Virus record (IMG/VR): IMGVR_UViG_3300020159_004055
Location: 1 to 63,350 of that record
Length of the DNA: 63,350 nt
Reading direction: 5' to 3' (one strand)
DNA from: a virus
Lineage: Duplodnaviria; Caudoviricetes
Part shown: in pieces, positions 9,913 to 20,966 of the stretch
How positions within the stretch are numbered: position 1 is the first letter of the stretch
How the letters are laid out: each line of letters opens with the position of its first letter
Notes under the pieces: model-generated
What the model was told of the DNA's origin: nothing
Databases searched by the model: none
What the model saw: only the letters and a program-made list of their open reading frames with translations
Program-made: the position numbers and the translations under genes

Positions 9913-12900
9913 ATGGCAGATAGACATTTAAAGTTTTTTGATAAGAAGGGACTTCCACTTAATTTTGAATATGTTGGTGCTGAGGTTTCGTACCCTTTGA
10001 ATTTAGTTTTTAATTACGAAACGAGTTCGAACAATTCTACACCCACAGCCGGGAAAATATCTTTCTTTGATTTAGGTAGCAATGTCATTTATTTGAATAT
10101 TCTTGACATGAACGGCCTGAATATAACAAACTGGGCTCAATCTGTTAATGATAGCTTAATTCAGGGAGGTAAGATTTCTCTAAAAATGAATGTGATCCCA
10201 GCAATTGTTGTTACTGCTGAGATCTCTTCAGTTTCTATCTCTTCCGGAATAATAACTTTAAATCTGGTTAGGTTTGTTGGACCTACCTCCATTTCAAACG
10301 GAAACGTTACATACTGTGAAACTATCACGCAGGATTTACCCGGCGGATATTTTAGAGGTAATATCTATTTTGATCCTGTTTCTGCTGGTCTTTATGAGAA
10401 CGAACAGATTTTTATTGTCCAACAATTTAAGGATACTGCCACAAATTCCCAATTTATTGGATATCCACACACGGGAGTAACTGGTGCCGCCGGAAATCCT
10501 TTATGGAGAACCAGATGGGAGGATGATACTTACGGTAACGTTGATGTTAGCAACATCATTTTTACTTACAAAATTGAAGAAAATGATCCCGACATTGGTG
10601 GAGATCCTTCTATAACAAATTACCAGAATATAGCCATTCCAGTAGTTCAGGATCTCAACGACTATTATGCTGGCGGGTATATCAACACTCTTGAAGCTTC
10701 AACACCCTCTAGGGCTCTTCAAGTAAATGTTGCTATCAACGGACCAGAACAGGGAGCAGAAGTTTATCAAAGAAGACTTATCATTGAAGATATAACTTCT
10801 ACTACTACAAAGATCGCAGAAATAGACTTTTATGGACAAATAATAGGATCCGATGAAAGACTTGATGTTTTAACACGAAATTTAGGCAGGGCTTTTCTGG
10901 CGGAAGACTCTACAATTTTAAGAACACATGATCCAAGTGAGCCCCTTCCTAACTACATAGAAATAAACGAAAAAAGGAAAGAGTTAATGGTAGCGGGGGA
11001 AGAAATTTTCCCTTATATCGGAAGCTATAAAGGCCTTATAGGAGCTTTAAAGTTCTTTGGATACCAAGACCTTAGAATTAAAGAATATTGGCTTAATCTT
11101 AATTATAACCAGGTAAGCTTAACCCCTCTACAAGAGACCCAACAATTTTTAAATAGGTACACAAATACTGCGTCCCCAAACCAGACTATTTTAATTGCCG
11201 ATGTTCTTGATAATGAAAATTCCGGAAAGTATAGATTAGAGCAAACGTACGGACCAAACTCTAGTGGTGAGTATGTTCTAGATGTTTCCTCCGAGAATAC
11301 GCTGGTTCCTTCAAGAACATACAAGAAAACCTCTTTATTCGGACTATACTATGATATAAACACAACCTCAGCCCTCACTGATGAGTTTGGTTACCCAATT
11401 ACTCCGGAAGCTTTCGCTTTTACGCAGGAAGAGGTTTTAGTTAAATTATTTGCACTCAAACAAAGATTGAAGCAATCTTATTTGCCTTTGAATGCAAGAA
11501 TCATTGACATAACAGGGGAGGGAGTTTATTATAACGTTTACAACACAAAATCTTGGACAGACACAGTAGACCGTAGTGATGTTGAATCTGGAAATAACAT
11601 AAGCTTCAAGACTAATCCAGATTTCGGGTTTATAGAAGATTTAAGAGCTTTCGGAACCAGAACTACTCCTATTTCTATTCAAGCTCCTATGAACTACTTT
11701 AACGTTGAAGATATTGACGTTTCTGTAGTTGGAGGTACCGGCGATGCATTTTTATTTTCCTCGTCGACCCGGTATAATGCAAGCTTGGAATTGACACGAG
11801 GAAAAAGATATGACTTTTCTTTATTGACTTCGGGCTTTGATTTTTACATAACCCAGGATATTAATCTGACACAGGTTGATCCGAATGGTGTGACTGGAAA
11901 TGGAGCAACTGGGGGAACACTAACATTCGACGTTACTCCACAGGCAACTGGTCCTTACTACTATTACTCTTCTGTTAATACATCAAAACTAAATGGAACA
12001 ATAACTTTCGTTGATGCCTCAATTTCAGATTTTGGTAATATCGTTGCTCCACTACAAAATGGGCAGAATTATACAGCTTCTCAGAATCTTTCGATGATCG
12101 AGGCAATCAATAATTTCTATGAGCTCAAGATGGATGGCGATATCATTAATTTAGGAGACAATATTGGACTGCCTGAGGGTGGAGTACCTGTTGGTATGCC
12201 GGTCGTTTTGGAATTGGATGTTGACACCTGGGATTGGGACGAAATGGGAATGTCCTGGGACTCTATGGTTTTACCACAATTCTTAAGCAACCAAAGTGCA
12301 CTTACTTGGCAAACTATTGACTTTTCGGCATATAATGAAATTGAGTGGGTTTTAGAAAAATCGCAAAATCAACCAGGATCTGGATATTACTTTTCGCATA
12401 GAGGATATGCAATTGATTTTTTCAGACTTGCCCATTTCCTACCTTACACTGGAGAATATGATGTTACTTGTTATCTCTATGATGCCTTCAATTTCAAAAA
12501 CAGAAAAATATCAAAATCTGCAATTACGGTTTCTCCAAGAACCATTCAAATAGATGCTTGGACTAGATACAGAGAAAATGAGATTTATCTATGGGACCAA
12601 ACTGTCAGGGATTGGGATTCTTATGAATCCATTTGGGAAGCTCCAGCTGAAGGAAAAACAATCAATGAGCTGACCAAGCAGATCCCTGAAGCAATTTTAG
12701 ATTTTGCTATTTATGGGAATAACTCTATCGATGGCCAGCAATTAGAAGTTAAGATGGATGTTGATTCTATCGGTGCATCCGGTAACGTTTCAATCACACA
12801 AAACATACTCGACGTATCTAAAATTTACTCCCTTTTGATATCTGGTAGTCAATATGGATACGCTCAAGTACACACCACTCAACCACATGGGTTTCAAAAT

Positions 12901-13929
12901 GGTTCCCAGGTTTACATTTCGGGATCCATCCCAGACTTGAATAAATCTTGGAACATCACTATTCCTAGTGGGGCAACAGGTTACTCTTTTGAAATATCAT
13001 ATATTCTAGGGGCACAATCTGGTGTTGGTGCTACTTCCGGTTCCGGATCTATAGCGGGTGGAACGGCTTATTATGTTCTTCCTTCTACATACCCGGATCA
13101 GGTTGTTACTGGGGGTGGAAGCATTTCAGTTTCAATAAATGGAAGAGTCATAGGGGCAACAGCATCTGGATCCAATCTACAATCTACAGCAAACTCTATT
13201 ATACAGGAGATTAATTCGGTAACTACACAGCCTGACTACTTTGCTCAAACGTTTGATCCAGAGGCAGACCCGGTCCTCATAAATCTAGTTGCTGACACAT
13301 CAACGGGGAATATTGGAAACGGTGATGTTGTAACAGTTTCACTGAGTGGATCCCTTAATTTAGTCAGTGCAGATCCATCATTAAGCGGAGGAGTAACTGG
13401 AAGTACACAATACGTTACTTGGGATCCAGCCAGCGGATCTTTGCCTGTAGAAAATCTGAAATTCTTTGGAACTAAAAATTTAGTTTGGGAGACTTTTACT
13501 GACGCTGCTTGGGATAATGCTTATGCACACGGTTGGGATGATTTTGAGTACGAAAACGGATGGCTAGGTGGGTTTGAAATACACTCTGCAAAGGTTGGCG
13601 ATAATATTAAAGTAAGCACAGGTAATGAAACTTACCCATTTCCCACTGGGGTAACTTTCGAAGCTGGAACCGGAGGCACCGGAGCATCTGCATATCTTTC
13701 TTTGGGATCTGCGGCAACTCAATTAAACGGTTCAGGAGATCCTAATATTACAAATTTTTACTACCGCGTTGTTCCTTCTACAGAAACGGCAACTTTGACC
13801 ACTTCCGGACCAACAAGCGTTTCAATTTTCCCATTTGCTGCAACCGGTGGTTCTCTGGCTGTACCGTCTTCTGTTCCGGGATCTCCACCACCTCTAGTAG
13901 TTTCATTCACAGTAGCCACCGGACCGTAA
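9913..13929 (+). CDS. Large baseplate wedge protein (gp7-like) with Trp-spaced repeats
   Basis: 1338 aa; YIGSYKGLIGALKFFGY segment; periodic W-D/E repeats; position after the gp6-like gene. Confidence 0.5.
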   Translation: MADRHLKFFDKKGLPLNFEYVGAEVSYPLNLVFNYETSSNNSTPTAGKISFFDLGSNVIYLNILDMNGLNITNWAQSVNDSLIQGGKISLKMNVIPAIVVTAEISSVSISSGIITLNLVRFVGPTSISNGNVTYCETITQDLPGGYFRGNIYFDPVSAGLYENEQIFIVQQFKDTATNSQFIGYPHTGVTGAAGNPLWRTRWEDDTYGNVDVSNIIFTYKIEENDPDIGGDPSITNYQNIAIPVVQDLNDYYAGGYINTLEASTPSRALQVNVAINGPEQGAEVYQRRLIIEDITSTTTKIAEIDFYGQIIGSDERLDVLTRNLGRAFLAEDSTILRTHDPSEPLPNYIEINEKRKELMVAGEEIFPYIGSYKGLIGALKFFGYQDLRIKEYWLNLNYNQVSLTPLQETQQFLNRYTNTASPNQTILIADVLDNENSGKYRLEQTYGPNSSGEYVLDVSSENTLVPSRTYKKTSLFGLYYDINTTSALTDEFGYPITPEAFAFTQEEVLVKLFALKQRLKQSYLPLNARIIDITGEGVYYNVYNTKSWTDTVDRSDVESGNNISFKTNPDFGFIEDLRAFGTRTTPISIQAPMNYFNVEDIDVSVVGGTGDAFLFSSSTRYNASLELTRGKRYDFSLLTSGFDFYITQDINLTQVDPNGVTGNGATGGTLTFDVTPQATGPYYYYSSVNTSKLNGTITFVDASISDFGNIVAPLQNGQNYTASQNLSMIEAINNFYELKMDGDIINLGDNIGLPEGGVPVGMPVVLELDVDTWDWDEMGMSWDSMVLPQFLSNQSALTWQTIDFSAYNEIEWVLEKSQNQPGSGYYFSHRGYAIDFFRLAHFLPYTGEYDVTCYLYDAFNFKNRKISKSAITVSPRTIQIDAWTRYRENEIYLWDQTVRDWDSYESIWEAPAEGKTINELTKQIPEAILDFAIYGNNSIDGQQLEVKMDVDSIGASGNVSITQNILDVSKIYSLLISGSQYGYAQVHTTQPHGFQNGSQVYISGSIPDLNKSWNITIPSGATGYSFEISYILGAQSGVGATSGSGSIAGGTAYYVLPSTYPDQVVTGGGSISVSINGRVIGATASGSNLQSTANSIIQEINSVTTQPDYFAQTFDPEADPVLINLVADTSTGNIGNGDVVTVSLSGSLNLVSADPSLSGGVTGSTQYVTWDPASGSLPVENLKFFGTKNLVWETFTDAAWDNAYAHGWDDFEYENGWLGGFEIHSAKVGDNIKVSTGNETYPFPTGVTFEAGTGGTGASAYLSLGSAATQLNGSGDPNITNFYYRVVPSTETATLTTSGPTSVSIFPFAATGGSLAVPSSVPGSPPPLVVSFTVATGP

Positions 13930-13943
13930 AAAGATTATAGAAT

Positions 13944-15548
13944 ATGCCTTCAACAATAACTATTTACCAATCTCAATCAGTGCTATTCACAGACACCTCC
14001 AGTGGTGGTGTTCCTCCATATTCAAGACTTTGGTCTTTCACAGGCGGTGACATCTCCAGTTCAACCGGAGCTACAGCACTAGTTACCTATTCAAATCCGG
14101 GAGCTTACACTGCTTCTCTCACTGTTACTGATGACATTGGGGTTGCTGCTTCTTATAACAGTTTAAGTGGTATTACTGTTAACCCTCCAGTAATTACTGC
14201 ATCATTTACTAATTCTCCATCCAGCTCTGTGCTAATGTCACAAACCATTTCATTCACCGATACAACTACTGGTCTCCCCGTCGGTGCAACCGGATGGTCT
14301 TGGAGCATAGGGGGAAGCGGATTTGCTACTACCCAAAATTCAAGTTTAACCTTCAACGATTGGGTTTTAGTTCCGGGATCTTCAATTGCTGACCCAGCTG
14401 GTACATCTTTATCTGCGAACGTATCTTTGCTAGCTTCAAACTCTTATACCTCAGATACTGAATCTAAAAATATTACTTTTAGTAAGGTAGGAACAACAGA
14501 AACAACGATTTTAAATAGATCTGCGCCATCCGGTGCTTATTCTAGGTACGCTGATGTGAGTTACTCTGGGGTTCTAGCTTCATCCCTTGGATATCCCACA
14601 GCTACTTATGTGTATGAAATAGATCTTGCAAGTTATGGTCACACTGTTGACCAGTTCCATTCTGATCGTGAGGTAGCATATATGGTTGTTACCGGATTAA
14701 CTGGAAAACCTGAATTTTTGCAAAATGGGGTATCAACGGTTAGCGGTTACATTCTGGTTGATGATTCTTTATATGGATCGGGTGCACCCGAGATATCTCT
14801 AGGAAGATATTTGACACCTGCATTAAATGCCAAAAAGATATTCTTTACCGACAGTGGTACCGTGGGCAACATTACAAATTTGATAACTGCAAAAAATTGG
14901 ACTACGTCTTTAATATCTTCTGTGCTGACAAACATTTACCCACAGCTTAATTCTGCACAGGGGATTTACTATGGAATAGTATACCCTGCTTCCGCCTTCA
15001 GTTCGGGTAGGAATCCTATAGTTTATTCCCCCCAGTACTTAGCTTCCTTGGGAGCGTCTGGACAAAGTATAGAAATAGGATTAGCTGTAGTTTTTGGAAC
15101 TTCTTATTCCGTAGTTTGTAATCTTAATGACAACGCGGGGGTTGGTAATGAAACTGGTGGAGACTATTACTTGATGCAGAGTGTTGGCGGTAACTTAGGT
15201 GTTGCTGCCATGCTCAATTCTGCAATAGCAGCTTCTAGTGTTCCTGGTGGCACTGCCTCTATAGAATTCGTGTCTGATTCAACCTTGAATATTTACCCCG
15301 CAAGTACCCCTGCTTCATACAGCGGACTTCGAATGGAGGTAAAAAATAGATCAATAACCTCGGTCTCTTTAAGTGATAACACAGAAACATTAAATGCAAC
15401 ATACGGCTTATCACTTTTGCCCGTCTTTTATAATTACACTGGTACAACGCAACCTTCTTGCATAGGAATGCCTCCCTACTTTAATTTGAATAATCTGGAT
15501 TACCTTTCCAATGGAACTAGCATAGTCTACGGAAACTCTATTTTCTAA
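13944..15548 (+). CDS. PKD-domain virion protein
   Basis: VLFTDTS...WSFTGG...VTYSNPGAYTASLTVTD and a second FTDTT...WSWSIG repeat. Confidence 0.7.
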   Translation: MPSTITIYQSQSVLFTDTSSGGVPPYSRLWSFTGGDISSSTGATALVTYSNPGAYTASLTVTDDIGVAASYNSLSGITVNPPVITASFTNSPSSSVLMSQTISFTDTTTGLPVGATGWSWSIGGSGFATTQNSSLTFNDWVLVPGSSIADPAGTSLSANVSLLASNSYTSDTESKNITFSKVGTTETTILNRSAPSGAYSRYADVSYSGVLASSLGYPTATYVYEIDLASYGHTVDQFHSDREVAYMVVTGLTGKPEFLQNGVSTVSGYILVDDSLYGSGAPEISLGRYLTPALNAKKIFFTDSGTVGNITNLITAKNWTTSLISSVLTNIYPQLNSAQGIYYGIVYPASAFSSGRNPIVYSPQYLASLGASGQSIEIGLAVVFGTSYSVVCNLNDNAGVGNETGGDYYLMQSVGGNLGVAAMLNSAIAASSVPGGTASIEFVSDSTLNIYPASTPASYSGLRMEVKNRSITSVSLSDNTETLNATYGLSLLPVFYNYTGTTQPSCIGMPPYFNLNNLDYLSNGTSIVYGNSIF

Positions 15549-15566
15549 CCAAAGATAAATAAACAA

Positions 15567-18500
15567 ATGCCAACTACTTTTTTATACATTAACGACGCTA
15601 AACTAGATTCATTCGGGGATGTTTGGGCTGTAGGAAGGGATCTTACTAAATACGACGGAGAATCTTGGTCATACTACGATTCGTCTAATTCAGTAGTTCC
15701 GACCAATTTACCATATTATCTAGATACTCGTTCCATTTCGATAGATAATTTTGACAATAAATGGGTTGGTTGTGCAGTCACGACATCTTTATCTCAGGAG
15801 TTAGTATTTTTTGCAAAAGGTCCACAAGCTGCAACTGGATCCAGCTGGTCTTTAAGTGATTTTGGATCTTTGTCTACAATTTCTCCCAATTGGGATGTTC
15901 CAACTATATTCGCTTCTCCTTACGCACAAGAAGTACTTGCATTTATTTCTCCGCTGAACGGCGGTGCAGGAACGGGGGGTACAGCAAATGTAGGAGTGAC
16001 CGGTGGATATCTTTGGAAATATGACATCGTTTCTGAAACTTGGTCTGAGGTTTCTCCTGGATACACATGGCCACACATCTATCAAATAAATGCGAAAGGA
16101 ATAGATGGTACTAACTTTGAATACTACTTATCTACTGATGATGGTCTACAAATTATTCCCCCGGGGGATCTAGACACACAAACGCTAGATGACGGATCAC
16201 TTTTCATACCACAACTTCGTAAATACAATTCTTACACCTCAGGCATAGGTGGTGATATAGTTTATTCGGTTTCCTTTGACGAAAATGGTAATTATTGGGC
16301 TGGAACCGAAAATGGAATATCCTATTGGGATGGCAGGAAATATTTTACATGGGACTATGGATCCGGTGTTGGTGTAACAAAGGTAGTATCAAGAAAAAAT
16401 GGACACGTATTTTTCAGAATTGGAGACCCGTTCCTCCTAAGTTCAACCTCCGTTGGTTTTTACCATTTTAATGGGGACACTTTTACTCAATTTACAAGTT
16501 CAAATTCGACTCTTCCCGATGATAGGGTTATTTCTATTCTTCTTGCAGAAGAAAAATCTGAAGCAGGAGCACTAACTGTCTATGAAAATGATCTTTGGAT
16601 AGTCTCTGGAAATTACGTGTCTCTGTTTGATTATGTTTTACCCCACGTGTATGCAACATCAAAATACGCTGGCACTACTGGATGGAACTTTGTAAATTAT
16701 TCTTATACCACAGAGGGAGGAACTACAGACACTGCAAGAATTCCAAAGGCAGACAAATATAGCTGGGTCTATCCATCGTGGAGACCTTATGAAAATAAGT
16801 ATCTTGAAAATTTACATCCCGGTTTGGATCCAAGGAATCTTTTCTTAGAAACCAATTTCAAAGATATAGCAAATGGTAGAGCTGGGACACAAGACTACTG
16901 GAATAAGGGTGAAATAGTTCCTATAGAAGAAGTTGATGTACAAAAGCTTATTCCCAATTATGAGTGGTTAACTACAACGACATCTTTTGAAGTTACATCA
17001 GTTTCTAAATATAAAAATTTGAACGTTGTAACTGGATACAGTAGCGAGTCTAGCATTACTCTAGGAGAAGTAAACAACAACAATCCTAGCTATGCCTTAA
17101 CTAATCCAAACCCAACAAATTCTGCGGGTGGAACTGGAAACGTTGGATTTGTTTCCATATATTCCGATGCCGGTCAGCTAACTTCTGTTATTCCATTTAG
17201 AGGTTTCGAGACTAAGGTCTTTAAAGCTATCCCTTCGCTAGACGATTCCTCTATTTTTGTCGTTGGTAGTTTTAAAAAATTTATAGAATTTTCGGAGTTT
17301 GTTTTCCCGTCGAATTATCCAGGCGCATCCCTAATGAATGTGACTGGAGTGACTGGTCCAACCGGAGGTCCTATTGGATTTTCGAACATAGCAGCACCCG
17401 GACTAACTTCTGGATTCCCTTATCCTTGGATTTTAAATGGTGCAACCGGTGCAACCAGCGGAATTTACTTGCCGGATACTAGCTTTTTAGAGGACCGGGA
17501 GGCAATGTTTATAGCAGAGATAGATGTTGACCTAGGAAACACTGTTAGTTATGGTGATATTGATTTTTCCCAAACAAATGCTCTTTCTAAATTTTGTTTG
17601 AAAAATTTCAGATATTTTCCGGGAGCTGATGGAAGCTATGATCCAACGGGTGTTATTGATCCGAGTTTCCCGACACCTTTATCCTTTGAGAAACTGGATC
17701 TTTCGATTTCTAAAAATTCAGTAAGAATAACAAGCAATTATTTAGGAGGGATAGCCACTCTGAAGAACGGCTGGACCGGGCAAAGTGATTTCAACAATTC
17801 ACCAGAATTCCTATTTTCAGCAAAACAATCTGCAACTGGATCATATGACTACAGTGGTTCGTATCTGGACCTCAATTCAAGTTTAGATCTCAGAAGTGGT
17901 TTTATTGTCGGATTGTCTGGAGCTGGCACGTCTTACTTAGATGGAATTACCTCTTTGATCAATGCATCAACTTATTTACTAACTGGAACTTCAACATTTG
18001 ATGTAGTTTCACCTCAGGTGACCCTATCACACCCACAGCCTGGTTATTCATTACCTTATTTCATTCTTAATGATCTAAACAGTACCGGAATAACTGCAGG
18101 GTTCATAATCAACAATGCTGGGGAAACTGGAGCTGGGTACACGACCTGGTACGACACAATAAAAGGATATAAATCGGACAATCAATATTATTTGAACTCT
18201 TTGTATACTTCTAGTGGTTCTGTTTTAACACCAGTTTCCCAAATATCCTTCTCTGGAACTACTGGAAGTGTGAACATCGTAACACTTTCTCTTAAACCAG
18301 GTGGGCTTCTGGAAACAGCCTCGACATATGAATTTTTAGATGAAAATTACGGAAGCCCATTTTTGGTTTCTTTAAGTGATCAAAGTGATACTCTTGATAA
18401 TCGTGATCAATATACCTCAATTTATTACCCATATACACCAGGTGTTACCGGAAGTGGACATGTAATTCTAAAGAGAAATGTTAGCGGAACCTACATAGAT

Positions 18501-19226
18501 GAATTTTCAGCATTCTCAATTGGAAATACTGGTGATCAATCCCAATTGAAATTCCACGTCGATGTGGATTTAGATGTTTTTGTTGCAGGATCAAATAGTG
18601 GGGGAACTGGTCCGGATAACCTTCCATATTCTTCTGCCACTGGATCTTTTGTATCTTTGCTAGAAAGCTACAAACCGGGAGTGGGTATAGATTTAGGGAA
18701 CATAATTTCCAGAGCTGGAACGGCAGCTTGGAATTGGGTTGATGTTCATAATTCCGATGCAGATCTTTTTGTTCCTCTTTTATCCATGGTCTTCATGAAC
18801 AACTACGATTCTAAAATATTTGGAAAGACCAACAACAGGTGGGTACTTACCAATTCAATAACCGGTGAAGTTCTTTTGGATGTAAGAGATGTCCAATATT
18901 TTATTTACACATTTACCCAGTCTGGCTATTATTCTATTCAAAACACAGTTGAGGATTCTGCTGGTAATGTCTACGAAATTTCTAAGCCTGCTTTTATAAA
19001 GGTTGTAAATCAGACATTCCCAAGGCCTGACGATCCTAATCCGGATTTCGTGAATTCTTATGATTATGGATTTATAGATCCTTACACCGGTTCGGGTACA
19101 CAATACAATAAGCTTGGGAAAAGCTTGTTGGAACAACAGGTTCAAATCATGCTCCAAAACGTTGTTCCATTCGGTTCTGCCCTTATCATTCCGGATAACC
19201 CGGACGCTACGTTCAACCCTCTTTAA
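15567..19226 (+). CDS. Beta-propeller-containing virion/receptor-binding protein with C-terminal PKD-like domain
   Basis: Propeller blades VYSVSFDENGNYWAGTENGISYWDG, NSTLPDDRVISI; C-terminal YTFTQSGYYSIQNTVEDSAGN. Confidence 0.6.
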   Translation: MPTTFLYINDAKLDSFGDVWAVGRDLTKYDGESWSYYDSSNSVVPTNLPYYLDTRSISIDNFDNKWVGCAVTTSLSQELVFFAKGPQAATGSSWSLSDFGSLSTISPNWDVPTIFASPYAQEVLAFISPLNGGAGTGGTANVGVTGGYLWKYDIVSETWSEVSPGYTWPHIYQINAKGIDGTNFEYYLSTDDGLQIIPPGDLDTQTLDDGSLFIPQLRKYNSYTSGIGGDIVYSVSFDENGNYWAGTENGISYWDGRKYFTWDYGSGVGVTKVVSRKNGHVFFRIGDPFLLSSTSVGFYHFNGDTFTQFTSSNSTLPDDRVISILLAEEKSEAGALTVYENDLWIVSGNYVSLFDYVLPHVYATSKYAGTTGWNFVNYSYTTEGGTTDTARIPKADKYSWVYPSWRPYENKYLENLHPGLDPRNLFLETNFKDIANGRAGTQDYWNKGEIVPIEEVDVQKLIPNYEWLTTTTSFEVTSVSKYKNLNVVTGYSSESSITLGEVNNNNPSYALTNPNPTNSAGGTGNVGFVSIYSDAGQLTSVIPFRGFETKVFKAIPSLDDSSIFVVGSFKKFIEFSEFVFPSNYPGASLMNVTGVTGPTGGPIGFSNIAAPGLTSGFPYPWILNGATGATSGIYLPDTSFLEDREAMFIAEIDVDLGNTVSYGDIDFSQTNALSKFCLKNFRYFPGADGSYDPTGVIDPSFPTPLSFEKLDLSISKNSVRITSNYLGGIATLKNGWTGQSDFNNSPEFLFSAKQSATGSYDYSGSYLDLNSSLDLRSGFIVGLSGAGTSYLDGITSLINASTYLLTGTSTFDVVSPQVTLSHPQPGYSLPYFILNDLNSTGITAGFIINNAGETGAGYTTWYDTIKGYKSDNQYYLNSLYTSSGSVLTPVSQISFSGTTGSVNIVTLSLKPGGLLETASTYEFLDENYGSPFLVSLSDQSDTLDNRDQYTSIYYPYTPGVTGSGHVILKRNVSGTYIDEFSAFSIGNTGDQSQLKFHVDVDLDVFVAGSNSGGTGPDNLPYSSATGSFVSLLESYKPGVGIDLGNIISRAGTAAWNWVDVHNSDADLFVPLLSMVFMNNYDSKIFGKTNNRWVLTNSITGEVLLDVRDVQYFIYTFTQSGYYSIQNTVEDSAGNVYEISKPAFIKVVNQTFPRPDDPNPDFVNSYDYGFIDPYTGSGTQYNKLGKSLLEQQVQIMLQNVVPFGSALIIPDNPDATFNPL

Positions 19227-19858
19227 GAATAGGAATAAAGCAATCTGAGGACTTCGTCGATCGATTCATGTCGGTGATTGTCTTTAAGATTGACTGTGTA
19301 AACGTATTTTGAGCCTTTCAATTTAGGTACCTCGTGAATTGCTGAGTCATTATTAAACTTAAGGTCTATTTGTTGGCCGTCCCCACAAAGGATCATTACC
19401 GAGTCTTTGCCAAGTCTTCCTAAAACCATACCAAGTTGTTGTTTCGTAAGGTTCTGAAATTCGTCTACAATTACAACTGAATTTTCAAAGGTTCTCCCTC
19501 TAAAATGTGTAAGTGAAACTAATTCAATTTGTTCGTCCTTTTCCATTCTTTCTAGGTGATCTACACGAGCATAAACCTTTCTCATGTTAGATCTGATCGG
19601 AACTAGCCAGGGTTCCATCTTTTCTTCTAAAGATCCTGGGAGAAATCCGTTATCTTCATTTGAAACTGTTGGTCTTGTTATGACTATTTTTTCACATTCC
19701 TTTTTAAGTAGTCTATCCAAAGCTATTTGGACTGCTAGGAGGGTTTTACCACTTCCGGCTTTTCCTGTTACAAAATTAAAAGGGTGCCTAAGAATTTCTG
19801 TTTTTGCTACCTTTTGCTCTTCGGATAGAGGAATTGAGAATTTGCTTTTTTCGGTCAT
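19223..19858 (-). CDS. phoH: PhoH-family ATPase
   Basis: GKAGSGKT, ITRPTV, GFLPGSLEEKMEPW, RGRTF, DEFQN, GDGQQID, RH motifs. Confidence 0.95.
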   Translation of the reverse strand: MTEKSKFSIPLSEEQKVAKTEILRHPFNFVTGKAGSGKTLLAVQIALDRLLKKECEKIVITRPTVSNEDNGFLPGSLEEKMEPWLVPIRSNMRKVYARVDHLERMEKDEQIELVSLTHFRGRTFENSVVIVDEFQNLTKQQLGMVLGRLGKDSVMILCGDGQQIDLKFNNDSAIHEVPKLKGSKYVYTVNLKDNHRHESIDEVLRLLYSYS

Positions 19859-20015
19859 CTATTGGTTTATTTAGGATTTGATGAAATTTTGTAAACACAA
19901 ACGCATGTTAGCGTTTGAGGCCTATGATATATCGACAATAAAGTTTTTAGTGATAAAAATGCTCTAAATATCTGAAGATTATCTTTCAGCATGTTTTGGT
20001 GTTTGAAAATGATGT

Positions 20016-20023
20016 GATATATA
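20016..20023 (+). promoter_or_regulatory. GATATATA putative late promoter
   Basis: In the divergent intergenic region, upstream of ATG 20059. Confidence 0.6.
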
Positions 20024-20058
20024 TTCCAAATTACAAAGGAAGAAAAAAAATTTAAAAA

Positions 20059-20949
20059 ATGTCAACAGTAAATACTACTTCCATTTTAGGATCAGATTCT
20101 ATCTCGGGATCGAGAACGACTATCAACTCAAACTTTTTGTTGCTTCAGAATTGGATCAATAATTACGACACTGTCTTTGGATTAGATACAGTGAACGGAA
20201 TTATAGATTTAACTGGTGCATCTACAGGAAGGGTTTCTGCTAAAACTGGAAAATTCGATTCGATCATAGTTCCAAGTGGCGGAACTGCTCTTGCTCAAAT
20301 TAACTCGTCGGGAGCTGGGTCCTTCGCTAGTTTGTCAACTACCGCACTTAGTGCAAGTGGAGTAATTACATTCGGTCCAGGATCAACTTTAACTCAATCC
20401 GGAACAACAACTTTTTCTGGAACAACAACATTGAGTGGTTCAACAACGATCAATGCTACTGCTACTTTAGGACCTTTGGGTAATTTTGCTAGCCAAAATT
20501 CTGTTGGAGCTTCTGGAGCTACTGCTGGTACACCTTTCGCTGACTCCGCAACAGGAGGTGGAGGCGGTAGAGTAACATCTATTTCGAATCCTTATGTTAT
20601 TACCGGATTAGAAGATGTCATATATGCAGCTTGTTCTGCCGGATTATATCTAAGTGTTGGAACTACTGGTGCTACTGCTGCTAATTTACCTGCTGGTTTA
20701 AGAATAACAATCATCAACACGGAGACATCTGCTGGAACTATTATGACTGGCGTACAGGGTTCAAATTACACTGGATTTAATACAATTTCTGGATATGGAC
20801 AATTCCCATCAACTGGTATTACTGTAGATGCAAACAGACCATATCAGGCTTCCCTACAACTTCAGTGGGAACCTAGGGTAGGAAAGGGAACTTCTGTCGA
20901 AGAGGGATCTTGGGTGGTTCTTTCTGCAACTAATATGTCTTGGACTTAA
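20059..20949 (+). CDS. Short fibre/baseplate appendage protein
   Basis: N-terminal SDSISGSRTTINSNF anchor-like motif; G/S/T-rich beta shaft. Confidence 0.55.
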   Translation: MSTVNTTSILGSDSISGSRTTINSNFLLLQNWINNYDTVFGLDTVNGIIDLTGASTGRVSAKTGKFDSIIVPSGGTALAQINSSGAGSFASLSTTALSASGVITFGPGSTLTQSGTTTFSGTTTLSGSTTINATATLGPLGNFASQNSVGASGATAGTPFADSATGGGGGRVTSISNPYVITGLEDVIYAACSAGLYLSVGTTGATAANLPAGLRITIINTETSAGTIMTGVQGSNYTGFNTISGYGQFPSTGITVDANRPYQASLQLQWEPRVGKGTSVEEGSWVVLSATNMSWT

Positions 20950-20966
20950 TAAAAAAATTATAATAA

